Shown here: positions 10,324-22,089 of the stretch, in pieces
Numbering within the stretch: position 1 is the first letter of the stretch
How the letters are laid out: each line of letters opens with the position of its first letter
Assembly: GCF_017744435.1 (NCBI RefSeq)
Contig: NZ_JAGIBG010000001.1
Span: 163,556-227,555, forward strand
Direction of reading: 5' to 3'
Origin: Pseudomonas sp.
GTDB taxonomy: Bacteria > Pseudomonadota > Gammaproteobacteria > Pseudomonadales > Pseudomonadaceae
DNA length: 64,000 nt
The notes under the pieces: generated by a model
What the model was told of the DNA's origin: nothing
The model's input: only the letters and a program-made list of their open reading frames with translations
Database searches by the model: none
Made by a program: the position numbers and the translations under genes

Positions 10324-11733
10324 ATGAAACGCTACGAACGCTTCGCCGACGACATTGCCGAACTGATCCGCTCCGGGGTGCTCGGCCCAGGCCAGCGCGT
10401 GCCGTCGGTACGCTATGCCAGCCAGACCCACGGCGTCAGCCCCTCCACGGTGTTCCAGGCCTACTACCTGCTCGAACGCCGCGGGCTGATCCGCGCACGA
10501 CCGCGCTCGGGCTACTTCGTCAACGCCCACGCCCCCCGCCAGTTCAGCGAACCCCAGGCGCTGGAGCCCGTGAGCGAGTCGACCGAGGTCGATGTCAGCG
10601 GCCTGGTGTTCTCCATCCTCGACTCGATCAAGGACCCGAGCACCGTGCCGTTCGGCTCGGCCTTCCCCAGCCCTGAGCTGTTCCCGCTGCAGCGCCTGTC
10701 GCGCTCGCTGGCCAGTGCCAGCCGGGCCATGGACCCGCGCATGGTGGTCACCGACCTGTCGCCGGGCAACCCGCAATTGCGCCGGCAGATTGCCCTGCGC
10801 TACATGGTCGGTGGGCTGATGCTGCCGATGGAAGAACTGCTGATCACCAATGGCGCGCTGGAAGCCCTGAACCTGTGCCTGCAGGCGGTCACCGAGCCCG
10901 GCGACCTGGTAGCCATCGAGGCGCCGGCCTTCTATGCCTGCCTTCAGGTGCTGGAGCGGCTCAAGCTCAAGGCCGTGGAGATCCCGGTGCACCCGCGCGA
11001 AGGCATGGACCTGGCGGTGCTGGCCCAGACCCTGGAAAAGCACCCGGTCAAGGCCGTGTGGTGCATGACCAACTTCCAGAACCCGGTGGGCGCGAGCATG
11101 CCCGAGGCGAAGAAACAGGCCCTGGTCGAGCTGCTGCGCCGCCACCAGGTGCCGTTGATCGAAGACGATGTCTACGCCGAACTGTACTACGCGCAACAGG
11201 CCCCGAAACCGGCCAAGGCCTTCGACACCCAAGGCCTGGTGATGCACTGCGGCTCGTTCGCCAAGAGCCTGGCACCGGGTTATCGCATCGGCTGGGTGGC
11301 CGCCGGGCGCTTCGCGCAGAAGATCGAGCGGCTGAAACTGATGACCTCGCTGTGCGCCTCGATGCCGGCCCAGGCGGCCATCGCCGACTACCTGCAGCAC
11401 GGCGGCTACGACCGTCACCTGCGCAAGTTGCGCTACGCCCTGGAAGGTCAGCAGGCCAACATGCTGGCAGCCATCGCCCGCCATTTCCCGGCGCAGACCC
11501 GTGTCAGCCAGCCCTCCGGCGGTTACTTCCTGTGGCTGGAACTGCCCGAACAGATGGACGCCCTGAAACTGTTCCACATGGCCCTGGCCCAGGGCATCAG
11601 CATTGCACCGGGGCCGATCTTTTCGCCGACCCGGCGCTTCGGCAACTGCATTCGCCTGAACTACGGCACACCGTGGAACGAGGCTGCCGAGCGTGCCATG
11701 GAAACCCTGGGGCGCATCATCCGCTCCTTCTGA
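10324..11733 (+). CDS. MocR-type GntR regulator with PLP aminotransferase domain
   Basis: GQRVPSVR..VSPSTVFQAY wHTH; IEDDVY, SFAKSLAPGYRIGW. Confidence 0.93.
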   Translation: MKRYERFADDIAELIRSGVLGPGQRVPSVRYASQTHGVSPSTVFQAYYLLERRGLIRARPRSGYFVNAHAPRQFSEPQALEPVSESTEVDVSGLVFSILDSIKDPSTVPFGSAFPSPELFPLQRLSRSLASASRAMDPRMVVTDLSPGNPQLRRQIALRYMVGGLMLPMEELLITNGALEALNLCLQAVTEPGDLVAIEAPAFYACLQVLERLKLKAVEIPVHPREGMDLAVLAQTLEKHPVKAVWCMTNFQNPVGASMPEAKKQALVELLRRHQVPLIEDDVYAELYYAQQAPKPAKAFDTQGLVMHCGSFAKSLAPGYRIGWVAAGRFAQKIERLKLMTSLCASMPAQAAIADYLQHGGYDRHLRKLRYALEGQQANMLAAIARHFPAQTRVSQPSGGYFLWLELPEQMDALKLFHMALAQGISIAPGPIFSPTRRFGNCIRLNYGTPWNEAAERAMETLGRIIRSF

Positions 11734-11790
11734 AGGAAGGCCTGAAGAAGTGCGGCTATAGTTGGGCGACCCACACGCTGGATCGCCGCA

Positions 11791-13410
11791 ATGTTGCCTG
11801 ATGATTCGACGCCTTCCACACAACAACTGCAGCAGCGCATCAACCAGGCCCAGGCCAACAGCAAGCTGCTGGGCGAACTGGTCGACCACAGCCAGGCCAA
11901 CGTGTTCGCCGCCGATCGCAACTTCCGCCTGCTGGCGATCAACCGCACCGCGCAGGAAACCTTCAAGCGCCTACGTGGCTTCGTACCGCAGGTGGGTGAC
12001 TACGTTCCGCAGTTCATTGCCAACCAGCCCGACATCATGAAATGGCTGGAGCCGGTGTGGCCGCGCGTGCTGGCCGGCGAGGCGTTCACCGACACCATCG
12101 CCCTCGGCCCACCCGACGCCCTGCGCCATTACGAAATCAGCTACAACACATTGCGCGACGCGCAGCAGCGGATTCAGGGCGGTTACCTGTTCGCCTACGA
12201 CATCAGCGAGCGGGTCGCCGAACAGGAGCGCGTGCGCAAGATCGAAGAGGCCCTGCGCCAATCGCAGAAGATGGAAGCGGTCGGCCAATTGACCGGCGGT
12301 ATCGCCCACGACTTCAACAACCTGCTCGGCGGTATCTTCGGTGCCCTGGAAATAGCCGAACAGCGCCAGGCCGAACAGCGCTACCAAGACACCACCCGGT
12401 TGCTTGGCATCGCCCGGCACAACGTGCAACGGGCCTCTGCGCTGGTACAGCGCCTGCTGGCCTTCTCGCGTCAACAGACGCTGATGCCCCAGGCCGTGGA
12501 CGTGCAGCAACTGGTGGCCGGCATGCACGAGCTGATTGCCAGTTCGCTCGATGCGCGCATCACCTTCATTGACCAGACCCAGAGTGGCCAGTGGCTGGTG
12601 CAGATCGATCAGCTCCAACTGGAAAGCGCGCTGCTCAACCTGTGCATCAATGCCCGCGACGCCATGCCGCTGGGGGGAACATTGCGTATCGCCAGTGAGA
12701 ACACCCAACTCGATGAGCTGCAGGCACGCGCGCTGGACCTGACCGGCGGCGCCTACCTGCACCTCAGCGTCTGCGACAACGGCATTGGCATGCCTGCCGA
12801 TGTGCTGCAAAGGGCATGCGAACCCTTCTTTACCACCAAGCCACTGGGCCAGGGCTCAGGGCTTGGGTTGTCGATCGTGTATGGGTTCGTGCGCCAGTCC
12901 GGTGGGCAGTTGCGCATCGCCAGCGAACCGGGGCAAGGGGCCTGCATCCACCTCTACCTGCCACGGGCCTCCTGCGACGCTGCCGGGCACGCGTGCGCGC
13001 AACCACAGACGCCAAGCCAACAGCCCCACGCAGCGCCACAGGTGGTCATGCTGGTGGAAGACCAGGACACCCTGCGGCTGCTGATCTGCGAGGTACTCGA
13101 GGACCAAGGGCACCTTGTGCATGCCTTCAGCGATGGCCGCTGCGCACTGGAAGCGCTGCAGGCAGGCTTGCACCCGGACATGCTGATCACCGATATCGGC
13201 CTGCCGGGCGGCATCGATGGCTACCAGGTAGCAGCAGCCTGCCAGAAACTCCCCGGCACCGTCGCGGTGCTGTACATCACCGGCTATGCCAGCAACCGGG
13301 TCGACGTCAGCCCTGGCAGGCACTGCGCCGTGCTGTACAAGCCGTTCGAATTGGCGGCCCTCAACCAGCACGTCGTTCGATTGCTGGAAAATCGGCGCTT
13401 GCCGCTGTAG
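11791..13410 (+). CDS. PAS hybrid sensor histidine kinase / response regulator
   Basis: [12 protein letters not shown]-box, [25 protein letters not shown], receiver ([13 protein letters not shown]). Confidence 0.93.
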   Translation: MLPDDSTPSTQQLQQRINQAQANSKLLGELVDHSQANVFAADRNFRLLAINRTAQETFKRLRGFVPQVGDYVPQFIANQPDIMKWLEPVWPRVLAGEAFTDTIALGPPDALRHYEISYNTLRDAQQRIQGGYLFAYDISERVAEQERVRKIEEALRQSQKMEAVGQLTGGIAHDFNNLLGGIFGALEIAEQRQAEQRYQDTTRLLGIARHNVQRASALVQRLLAFSRQQTLMPQAVDVQQLVAGMHELIASSLDARITFIDQTQSGQWLVQIDQLQLESALLNLCINARDAMPLGGTLRIASENTQLDELQARALDLTGGAYLHLSVCDNGIGMPADVLQRACEPFFTTKPLGQGSGLGLSIVYGFVRQSGGQLRIASEPGQGACIHLYLPRASCDAAGHACAQPQTPSQQPHAAPQVVMLVEDQDTLRLLICEVLEDQGHLVHAFSDGRCALEALQAGLHPDMLITDIGLPGGIDGYQVAAACQKLPGTVAVLYITGYASNRVDVSPGRHCAVLYKPFELAALNQHVVRLLENRRLPL

Positions 13411-13473
13411 CCCGCTATGCGCTCACAGTGCGGACAGGTAAAGTCTGTCCCTTCTTTTCTGTCGGACGTCGCC

Positions 13474-15534
<2,061 letters not shown>

Positions 15535-15544
15535 CGGGCAGCCT

Positions 15545-16291
15545 TCAGCGTCCGCCGCCCAGGTCGATGAAGCTGCCGGTGGAGTACGAGGCCTTGTCCG
15601 ACAGCAGCCAGAGGATCGCCTCGGCCACTTCCTCGGCACGGCCGCCGCGGCCCATGGGCAGGCCGGGTTCGAGCTTGGCCACGCGGTCCGGGTCACCGGA
15701 CAGGGCATGGAAACCGGTATGGATGTAACCCGGCCGCACGCCGTTGACCCGCACGCCCTCGCCCGCCACTTCCTTGGCCAGGCCGAGGGTGAAGGTATCC
15801 AGTGCGCCTTTGGAAGCGGCGTAGTCGACGTACTCGTTGGGTGACCCCAGGCGCGCCGCGACCGAAGACACATTGACGATCGCGCCACCCTGTCCGCCGT
15901 GGCGGCGGGCCATGCGCAGCAATGCATGTTTGGCGCAGAGCATGGGGCCGACGACGTTGGTCTTCATCACCTTGAGCAGGCGGAACTCGGACATGTCTTC
16001 GACGCGGCTTTGCTGGCCGATGGTGCCGGCGTTGTTGACCAGTGCGGTCACCGGGCCAAGCTCCTGGTCGACGCGGTGGAACAGCTGGATCACCTCGTCT
16101 TCGACACTGGCATCGGCACGCACGGTGATGGCTTCGGCGCCCAGCGCACGGACCTGGGCGAGGATGCGCTCGGCGGCCTGGTCGTCAGTGTGGTAGTTGA
16201 TGCAGATGCGGTAGCCCTCACGGGCGGCCTGCAGGGCGGTGGCGGCACCGATGCCACGGCTGGCACCGGTGATGACGATGACTTTCTCCAT
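15545..16291 (-). CDS. SDR-family oxidoreductase
   Basis: ITGASRGIG, LVNNAG, YAASKGA. Confidence 0.93.
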   Translation of the reverse strand: MEKVIVITGASRGIGAATALQAAREGYRICINYHTDDQAAERILAQVRALGAEAITVRADASVEDEVIQLFHRVDQELGPVTALVNNAGTIGQQSRVEDMSEFRLLKVMKTNVVGPMLCAKHALLRMARRHGGQGGAIVNVSSVAARLGSPNEYVDYAASKGALDTFTLGLAKEVAGEGVRVNGVRPGYIHTGFHALSGDPDRVAKLEPGLPMGRGGRAEEVAEAILWLLSDKASYSTGSFIDLGGGR

Positions 16292-16380
16292 GGGACTGCC
16301 GATCGTTTGGGATGGAAGGCTCGACAATAGGGGAAAAGACATCGCATTGGAATGACCCGCCTCAACCCAGCCATGGATAC

Positions 16381-16601
16381 GCTCTTGCTTTTGCTCTTGC
16401 TTTTGCTCTTGCTCTTGCTTTTGCTCTTGCTTTTGCTCTTGCTCTTGCTTTTGCTTTTTCTTTTAAGCGCGGTAGTCCAGACGACGCTGAGTGCGACTTC
16501 AGGACGCCTGCGTTCGGCCTCCTGAAGTCGCATTCTGCGTCGACTGAACTATCGCGCGCTTAGAAGCAAAAGCAGAGCAGGAGCAGGAGCAGGAGCAGGA
16601 A
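16381..16601. repeat. ~220-bp imperfect palindromic element: (GCTYTT)13-14, a 44/46-bp inverted repeat and an (AGGAGC)n tail
   Basis: Hexamer tract 16381-16464; arms 16464-16507 and 16517-16562 (38/44 identical, 2-nt gap); complementary-type tail 16563-16601. Confidence 0.85.
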
Positions 16602-16640
16602 GTTGCGTGGCTGATTCGGCTGACGATGCCAGCGCTTTCT

Positions 16641-17189
16641 TCACGCAATCGCCTCGATCAACGCCAGTATGTCGGCCCGGCTGACCGTGGTCTTGCTCAG
16701 GGCATTGTGGATGGTGAAGCCTTCGATCAGCGCATCCAGCGCCCGCGCGGTCTTTTCGTCGAAGTGAATCTGCAGGGCCTGACGCGACCGGGCCATCCAG
16801 TCATCCATCACGTAGGTGTACTCGGGATTGCGCGAAACGAAGGTGTACAACTCGAAGATCAGCAGCATCTGCCCCGAGGCCTTCCACAGGTCACCGCAGA
16901 TCAGGTCGGCAACCAGTTCGCGGGCGTGCGCCGTATCACGGGCCTCGCCGAGCTGGCGGAAGTACTGGTCGGCGATGCCGTTGCTCATCTTCACGAAGGC
17001 CGCCGCGACGATCTCGTTGATGTTGGCGAAGTGGTAGGTCATGGTCCCCGGCGAAACCCCGGCCTCGGCGGCGATGCGCCGGTAAGTCGCGCAGCCTGCA
17101 CCTTCCTGGCGGATGACCTGCAACGCGGCATCGATGATCAGCGCCTTGCTGTCTGCGGTGGTGAGGTCGTGCTTCTTCGGTCTTGGCAT
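16641..17189 (-). CDS. TetR-family regulator (YbjK/RcdA-like)
   Basis: IIDAALQVIRQEG..TYRRIAAEAGVSPGTMTYHF. Confidence 0.9.
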   Translation of the reverse strand: MPRPKKHDLTTADSKALIIDAALQVIRQEGAGCATYRRIAAEAGVSPGTMTYHFANINEIVAAAFVKMSNGIADQYFRQLGEARDTAHARELVADLICGDLWKASGQMLLIFELYTFVSRNPEYTYVMDDWMARSRQALQIHFDEKTARALDALIEGFTIHNALSKTTVSRADILALIEAIA

Positions 17190-17244
17190 GCTCGGCTCGC
17201 TGCGGTGAGTGCCGGCGAGGATAGCAAGGTTGGGCATGGGGCAA

Positions 17245-17275
17245 AAATCAAAAAAGGCGCCCCGACCGGGGCGCC
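17245..17275 (-). terminator. Intrinsic terminator downstream of the porin gene
   Basis: GGCGCCCC-N4-GGGGCGCC followed by a U-tract on the minus strand. Confidence 0.75.
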
Positions 17276-17324
17276 AAACCATCCACCTTTAACCAAAGGA
17301 GCTTGAGCGCTTCCAAAGGTGAAT

Positions 17325-18668
17325 TCACAGCACCGACAGCGGGTACTCGACGATCAGCCGCACTTCGTCCAGGTCCGACTCGAACGCCGTGGCCCGGGTG
17401 GTCGCCTGGCGCACCCGCAATGACAGGTCCTTGGCCGCGCCGCTCTGCACCACATACTTGACCTCGACATCCCGCTCCCAGCGCTTCTGGTCGGTCAACG
17501 GGTTGCCGTCTGCGTCGCGGCGCATGTAGAAGGCGTTGGCGTTGGAGTAGTCGGCATCGGTACCTTTTGCGTAACGGGTCATGAACGACAACCCCGGCAC
17601 CCCATAGGCCGCCATGTCCAGGTCATAACGCAGCATCCACGAGCGCTCCTTGGGCGAGTTGAAGTCGCTGTACTGGATCGAGTTGTCGAGGAAGATCGAA
17701 TCGGACTGGCGCAGGTAGTCGAAGTCATCGTCACCGTTGTTGCGCTGGTGGCTCAGCGCCACGGTATGCGCGCCGAAGCGCACCCCTGCTTTTGCGCTCC
17801 AGATAGCGTTGTCGAATTCGCCCAGGCGCTGTCGGCCTTCATCGACGGCCTTGTAGTAGTTGAGGCCGCCGATCAGGGCGAGGTCTTCACCGAGCGGCCA
17901 GCTGGCACTGGTACCGGCGTAGTACTGGTTCCACACATCCTTGAGCCGGCTGCTGAACAGGCTGACACTGATGTGTTCGTTGAGGTTGTAATCGCCACCG
18001 CCATAGGCGATCCAGGGCGAGTCCACCGGGCCGCCGTAGAAGGTCACGAAGTTCTCGCGCAGGTCGCTGGAGACCGGCTGGCTCATCGCGTGCAGGCGGC
18101 CGGCCTGCAGGGTCAGGTCCTTGAGGCTGGTGTTCGCCACGGTCACGCCGCGAAAGCTCTCCGGCAACAGGCGCGAATCGCCCGCGGCCACCACCGGGTT
18201 GGCCGGGAACACATCACCCACTTTCAGCACGGTATCGAACAGTCGCACCTTGGCGGCACCGCCCAGCTTGGTGTACTCGTCACGCGCCTGGCCGTCGTGG
18301 TCCACCGGCAGCACATCGAACGAACTGCGCCCGCCGTTGCGCCCAGCGCCGGTGTCCAGCTTGAGGCCGAGCATGGCGAAGGCGTCCAGGCCGAAACCCA
18401 CCGTGCCTTGGGTGAAACCGGATTCGTAGCGGGCGATGATGGCGTGCGCCCAGGCTTCGGAATAACCACTGCTGGCCGGCTTGCTACCGTTGTACACCGG
18501 GGCTGGCCCGTCGCGGTTGTCGCGGTTGAAGTAGAAGTTGCGGTTGAGCACGTTGAGCGTGCTGCCCTCGATAAAACCTTCGGCTGCTTCTTCGGCGGCG
18601 CTTGCCGGTGCACTGACGCCAGACAGCGCCAGGCATGCAGCCAGGGACAGGGGTGCGGTTCGGGTCAT
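17325..18668 (-). CDS. OprD/Occ-family outer membrane porin
   Basis: Signal peptide; RNFYFNRD, SGFTQGTVGFGLDA, DSRLLPESF, FNSPKERSW, EVRLIVEYPL. Confidence 0.95.
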   Translation of the reverse strand: MTRTAPLSLAACLALSGVSAPASAAEEAAEGFIEGSTLNVLNRNFYFNRDNRDGPAPVYNGSKPASSGYSEAWAHAIIARYESGFTQGTVGFGLDAFAMLGLKLDTGAGRNGGRSSFDVLPVDHDGQARDEYTKLGGAAKVRLFDTVLKVGDVFPANPVVAAGDSRLLPESFRGVTVANTSLKDLTLQAGRLHAMSQPVSSDLRENFVTFYGGPVDSPWIAYGGGDYNLNEHISVSLFSSRLKDVWNQYYAGTSASWPLGEDLALIGGLNYYKAVDEGRQRLGEFDNAIWSAKAGVRFGAHTVALSHQRNNGDDDFDYLRQSDSIFLDNSIQYSDFNSPKERSWMLRYDLDMAAYGVPGLSFMTRYAKGTDADYSNANAFYMRRDADGNPLTDQKRWERDVEVKYVVQSGAAKDLSLRVRQATTRATAFESDLDEVRLIVEYPLSVL

Positions 18669-18950
18669 CCGAAGCTCCTTGGGGGACGTTTTTTGTTATG
18701 TCGGCGGAGTCGGAGAGTGAGGCTTGGCGGATAACGCCAAGGTGATCGCAGCATTACAATCGTGTCATGGGCGCGCAGCGCCTCTAGCGCGGCTTTTGCA
18801 ACATCCTGTTGGTAATTCCTACATCCAGCAGTGAACCTGCTTACAAAAATGCGGTCTGTCCCTGACGGTCAATTCACCGACCGGTTCGCCGGCCCCGTCG
18901 CTGATCTACAGTTACCGGGCCTATTTTTCCTGTTGCAGCGAAGACCCAAC

Positions 18951-19601
18951 ATGCCCGAATCCCGCCCAGCCTCTCTTGCCCTCCCTGCCCTGCGCGGCAG
19001 CCTGCTCGCCGCCCTCGTGGCTCTTGCCGTCCCCGCGCATGCCGAAGAGCCGGCCAGCGATGCGCGCTGGGTCAGCGACAGCCTGAGCACCTATGTGCGC
19101 AGTGGCCCGACGGATGGCCACCGCATCGTCGGCACGCTCAAGTCCGGGCAGAAACTCACCCTGGTCGGCAGCCAGGGCAACTACAGCCAGGTGCGTGGGC
19201 AGAATGGCGACCTGGTGTGGATCCTCACCAACGACCTGCAGTCGGTACCGGGCCAGAACGAGCGCCTGCCGCAACTCGACGCCCAGGTGGCGGAGCTGTC
19301 CGGGCAACTCAAGACCATCGATGACAGCTGGAAGAACCGCGTGCAGGGCATGCAGGAAACCCTCGACTCGCGCAAGAAGCTGATCGATGAACTGGAAGCC
19401 CGCAACCAGGCGCTCAACGAACAGCTCGACCAGAGCCAGTCGAGCCTGCGCGATACCCAGGCACGCCTGGGCGACGAGAACAAGCAGGTGATGATGCGTT
19501 ACATGGTGTATGGCGGCAGCATTGCCGGTGCCGGCCTGCTGGCGGGGCTGATCCTGCCGGCGCTGACCCGCGGCCGGAAGAAGAACGACCGCTGGTTCTG
19601 A
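18951..19601 (+). CDS. SH3-domain protein (YgiM/TIGR04211-like)
   Basis: Signal peptide, TYVRSGPTDGHRIVGTL SH3 motif, coiled coil, C-terminal TM. Confidence 0.85.
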   Translation: MPESRPASLALPALRGSLLAALVALAVPAHAEEPASDARWVSDSLSTYVRSGPTDGHRIVGTLKSGQKLTLVGSQGNYSQVRGQNGDLVWILTNDLQSVPGQNERLPQLDAQVAELSGQLKTIDDSWKNRVQGMQETLDSRKKLIDELEARNQALNEQLDQSQSSLRDTQARLGDENKQVMMRYMVYGGSIAGAGLLAGLILPALTRGRKKNDRWF

Positions 19602-19659
19602 CCCTTGGCAGTTGCCGCCCATCGCAGGCAAGCCGGCGATGGGCGCCTGCCAGGTGGAG

Positions 19660-19929
19660 CTACTTGCCGCGAGCCTTGTTGTAAATGGTGAGTGCCCGGT
19701 CGGCACTGGCCTGGCAATTTTTCATGTCGCCCTTGGCCTGGGCGGCCTTGGCCTGTTTCAGCAGCTTCTGATAGTCAGTCGCCATCCCGCCATGCAGCGC
19801 CTGCCCGTCAGTTTTGTGGATCTCTTCCAGGTTGTTGATCTTTGCTTCGCAATTGGTCTTGGCCTCATCAGCGGCTTGGGCACCAAAACTCAACAAAGTG
19901 GCAGCCACCAGCAGTGTCACGTATCTCAT
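19660..19929 (-). CDS. Small secreted hypothetical protein (89 aa, two Cys)
   Basis: MRYVTLLVAATLLSFGAQA signal peptide; SD ggag upstream. Confidence 0.75.
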   Translation of the reverse strand: MRYVTLLVAATLLSFGAQAADEAKTNCEAKINNLEEIHKTDGQALHGGMATDYQKLLKQAKAAQAKGDMKNCQASADRALTIYNKARGK

Positions 19930-20021
19930 GTCGCGTTCTCCTGGGTAATCGGAATGGTCATCGAGAGACATTTGGCTCGACGCAGCGAGAAGCATAGTCG
20001 GCGATCGTCCCCTGTGTCGGT

Positions 20022-20942
20022 TCAGCTCCGCGCTCGTGCAGTCTCGGCAAACAGGAAGTCGATGAACGCCCGCACCCGCAATGGCATGTGCCGGGCCTGG
20101 GGGTAGATCAGCATGAAGGGACGCGAGGTGCCGCCGTATGCGCCCAGCACCTCGACCAGTTCGCCACTGGCCAGCGCGTCCTGCACGGTGAAGCGGTAGG
20201 CCTGCATCAGGCCGCCACCATGGCGCACCAGTGTCGCGGTCGCCAGGAAATCCCCCAGGCAGGTGAAACCACCTTGGGTCTCCATTTCGACCGCGCGGCC
20301 TTCGATGCGGAAACTCCACGGTGGGCGGCGGCCGTTGCTGGCCAGTTCGAACTGGATGCACTCATGCCCGGCCAGGTCCTGCGGCACCTGCGGCGTACCC
20401 ATGCGGGCCAGGTAGCCCGGCGTCGCTACCACCACCAACTCGGCATCTTCCAGGCGCCGCGCCACCAGCCGCGAATCGGCCGGCTCGCGGCCACGGATGG
20501 CGAGGTCGAAGGGCTCTTCGGCGAAGTCGACGTTGCGATTGCTGACGTGCACGTCTACCTGCACCTGTGGATAGCGCTGGCGGAACGCCGGCAGCAACGG
20601 CAGCAGACGGTGATGCGCATAAGGGGTGGGCGCGCTGATGCGCAGGCGGCCACTGGGCACGGCCTGGCCACCGGTGGCCTGGCGCTCCGCCTCGACCAGT
20701 TGCCCGAGCGCCTGTCGGCATTGCTGGTAATAGGCCTGGCCGGCGTCGGACAGGCGCATCTGCCGTGTGGTCCGCACGAACAGGCGCACGCCCAGGCGTT
20801 CTTCCAGGCGCGCCACGCTGCGGCTCACCGCTGCCGGCGTGACGCCGGCCTCGCTTGCCGCAGCGGTGAAGCTACCGGTATCGGCTGCCAGGCAGAACAG
20901 TTCCAGGCTGCCCAGTTGCAAGTCGTCGAAGTGGCGGGTCAT
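20022..20942 (-). CDS. LysR-family regulator
   Basis: GSFTAAASEAGVTPAAVSRSVARLEERLGVRLFVRTTR. Confidence 0.93.
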   Translation of the reverse strand: MTRHFDDLQLGSLELFCLAADTGSFTAAASEAGVTPAAVSRSVARLEERLGVRLFVRTTRQMRLSDAGQAYYQQCRQALGQLVEAERQATGGQAVPSGRLRISAPTPYAHHRLLPLLPAFRQRYPQVQVDVHVSNRNVDFAEEPFDLAIRGREPADSRLVARRLEDAELVVVATPGYLARMGTPQVPQDLAGHECIQFELASNGRRPPWSFRIEGRAVEMETQGGFTCLGDFLATATLVRHGGGLMQAYRFTVQDALASGELVEVLGAYGGTSRPFMLIYPQARHMPLRVRAFIDFLFAETARARS

Positions 20943-21065
20943 GGCGGCTCGATTGATTACATGGTGTATCGATTGAAATGCCATCTGGCTCATTTTTCAA
21001 GCAAGCGTTGCGCCCTACAGTGAGCTCCACCACGAGCCACCGGCTCACTTTCGGAGAACGCAACC

Positions 21066-21800
21066 ATGAGCACGCCAAGAACCGTCATCATCACCGGGGC
21101 CTCCAGCGGCCTGGGCTTCGCCCTCGCCGAGGCCTTCCTCGAACGCGGCGACAACGTGGTCGGCAATGCCCGCAGCCAGGCACGCCTGGACCAGGCCGCC
21201 GCCCGTCTCGGCCATCCGCAGCGCTTCGTCGGCGTGGCCGGCGACATCGCCGAGGCCGAAACTGCCCAGCGCCTGATCGCCACGGCCCAGGCGACCTTCG
21301 GCGGCGTCGACATCCTGATCAATAACGCCGGGATCTTCATCCCCAAGCCCTTCACCGAGTACAGCGAGGCCGACGTCGACGCGCTGGTTGGCACCAACCT
21401 CAAGGGCTTTTTCTATCCGTCACAGGCAGCGGCAAGGGTGATGGCCGCACAAGGCCACGGGCAGATCATCGCCATCACCGCTTCCATCGCCCTGCAGCCG
21501 GATACCCGCGTGCCGGCGCTGTTGCCGGTGCTGGTCAAGGGCGGGCTCAACCAGGCGGTCAAAGGCCTGGCCCTGGAACTGGCCGCCAGCGGCGTGCAGG
21601 TCAATGCAGTGGCACCGGGGATCATCGATACACCGCTGCACAGCGGCAACGTCGAAGGGCTTGGCGGGCTGTCACCGAGCGGTCGCACGGGCAACCCGCA
21701 GGATGTGGTGGATGCCGTGCTGTACCTGACCGATGCGCGCTTTGTCAGCGGCGTCATCCTGCCCGTGGACGGTGGTAGCACCGCCGGCACCTGGCACTGA
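21066..21800 (+). CDS. SDR-family oxidoreductase
   Basis: ITGASSGLG, LINNAG, VNAVAPG; catalytic YxxxK is atypical (PVLVKGG). Confidence 0.9.
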   Translation: MSTPRTVIITGASSGLGFALAEAFLERGDNVVGNARSQARLDQAAARLGHPQRFVGVAGDIAEAETAQRLIATAQATFGGVDILINNAGIFIPKPFTEYSEADVDALVGTNLKGFFYPSQAAARVMAAQGHGQIIAITASIALQPDTRVPALLPVLVKGGLNQAVKGLALELAASGVQVNAVAPGIIDTPLHSGNVEGLGGLSPSGRTGNPQDVVDAVLYLTDARFVSGVILPVDGGSTAGTWH

Positions 21801-21818
21801 CCCGAGGAGCGAGCAGCC

Positions 21819-22025
21819 ATGCCATACGTTCATATCCGGGTGACCGATGAAGGGGTGACCCCGCAACACAAGCGCCAGCTGATCGAGGGCACCACGCAGT
21901 TGCTGCAACAGGTACTGGGCAAGCCGCCGGCCAGTACCTTCGTGGTGATCGAGGAAGTGCCGACGGACAACTGGGGGGTTGGCGGCGAGACCGTGACGGC
22001 GGTACGCCTGCGAGAGCGGGGCTGA
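21819..22025 (+). CDS. 4-oxalocrotonate tautomerase-family protein
   Basis: N-terminal Pro (MPYVHIRV), 68 aa, EVPTDNWGVGG. Confidence 0.9.
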   Translation: MPYVHIRVTDEGVTPQHKRQLIEGTTQLLQQVLGKPPASTFVVIEEVPTDNWGVGGETVTAVRLRERG

Positions 22026-22044
22026 GCCCTGGGGGCGTTCTGCG

Positions 22045-22077
22045 CCCCTTTCGCCGGCAAGCGCGGCGCCCACAGGT
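22045..22077. repeat. Single degenerate REP
   Basis: CCCCTTTCGCCGGCAAGCGCGGCGCCCACAGG. Confidence 0.6.
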
Positions 22078-22089
22078 GTGGAGCAGCCC

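Noticed and set aside
8788-11889. 1033-aa minus-strand ORF
   Set aside because: Antisense shadow of ccoG and the MocR gene, typical of high-GC DNA; no recognisable motifs
16090-16533. ORF encoding a (KS)n repeat protein
   Set aside because: Translation of the hexamer tract of the palindromic element; overlaps the SDR gene in another frame
16381-16601. Possible CRISPR array
   Set aside because: No repeat-spacer periodicity and no cas genes; only hexamer repeats and one hairpin
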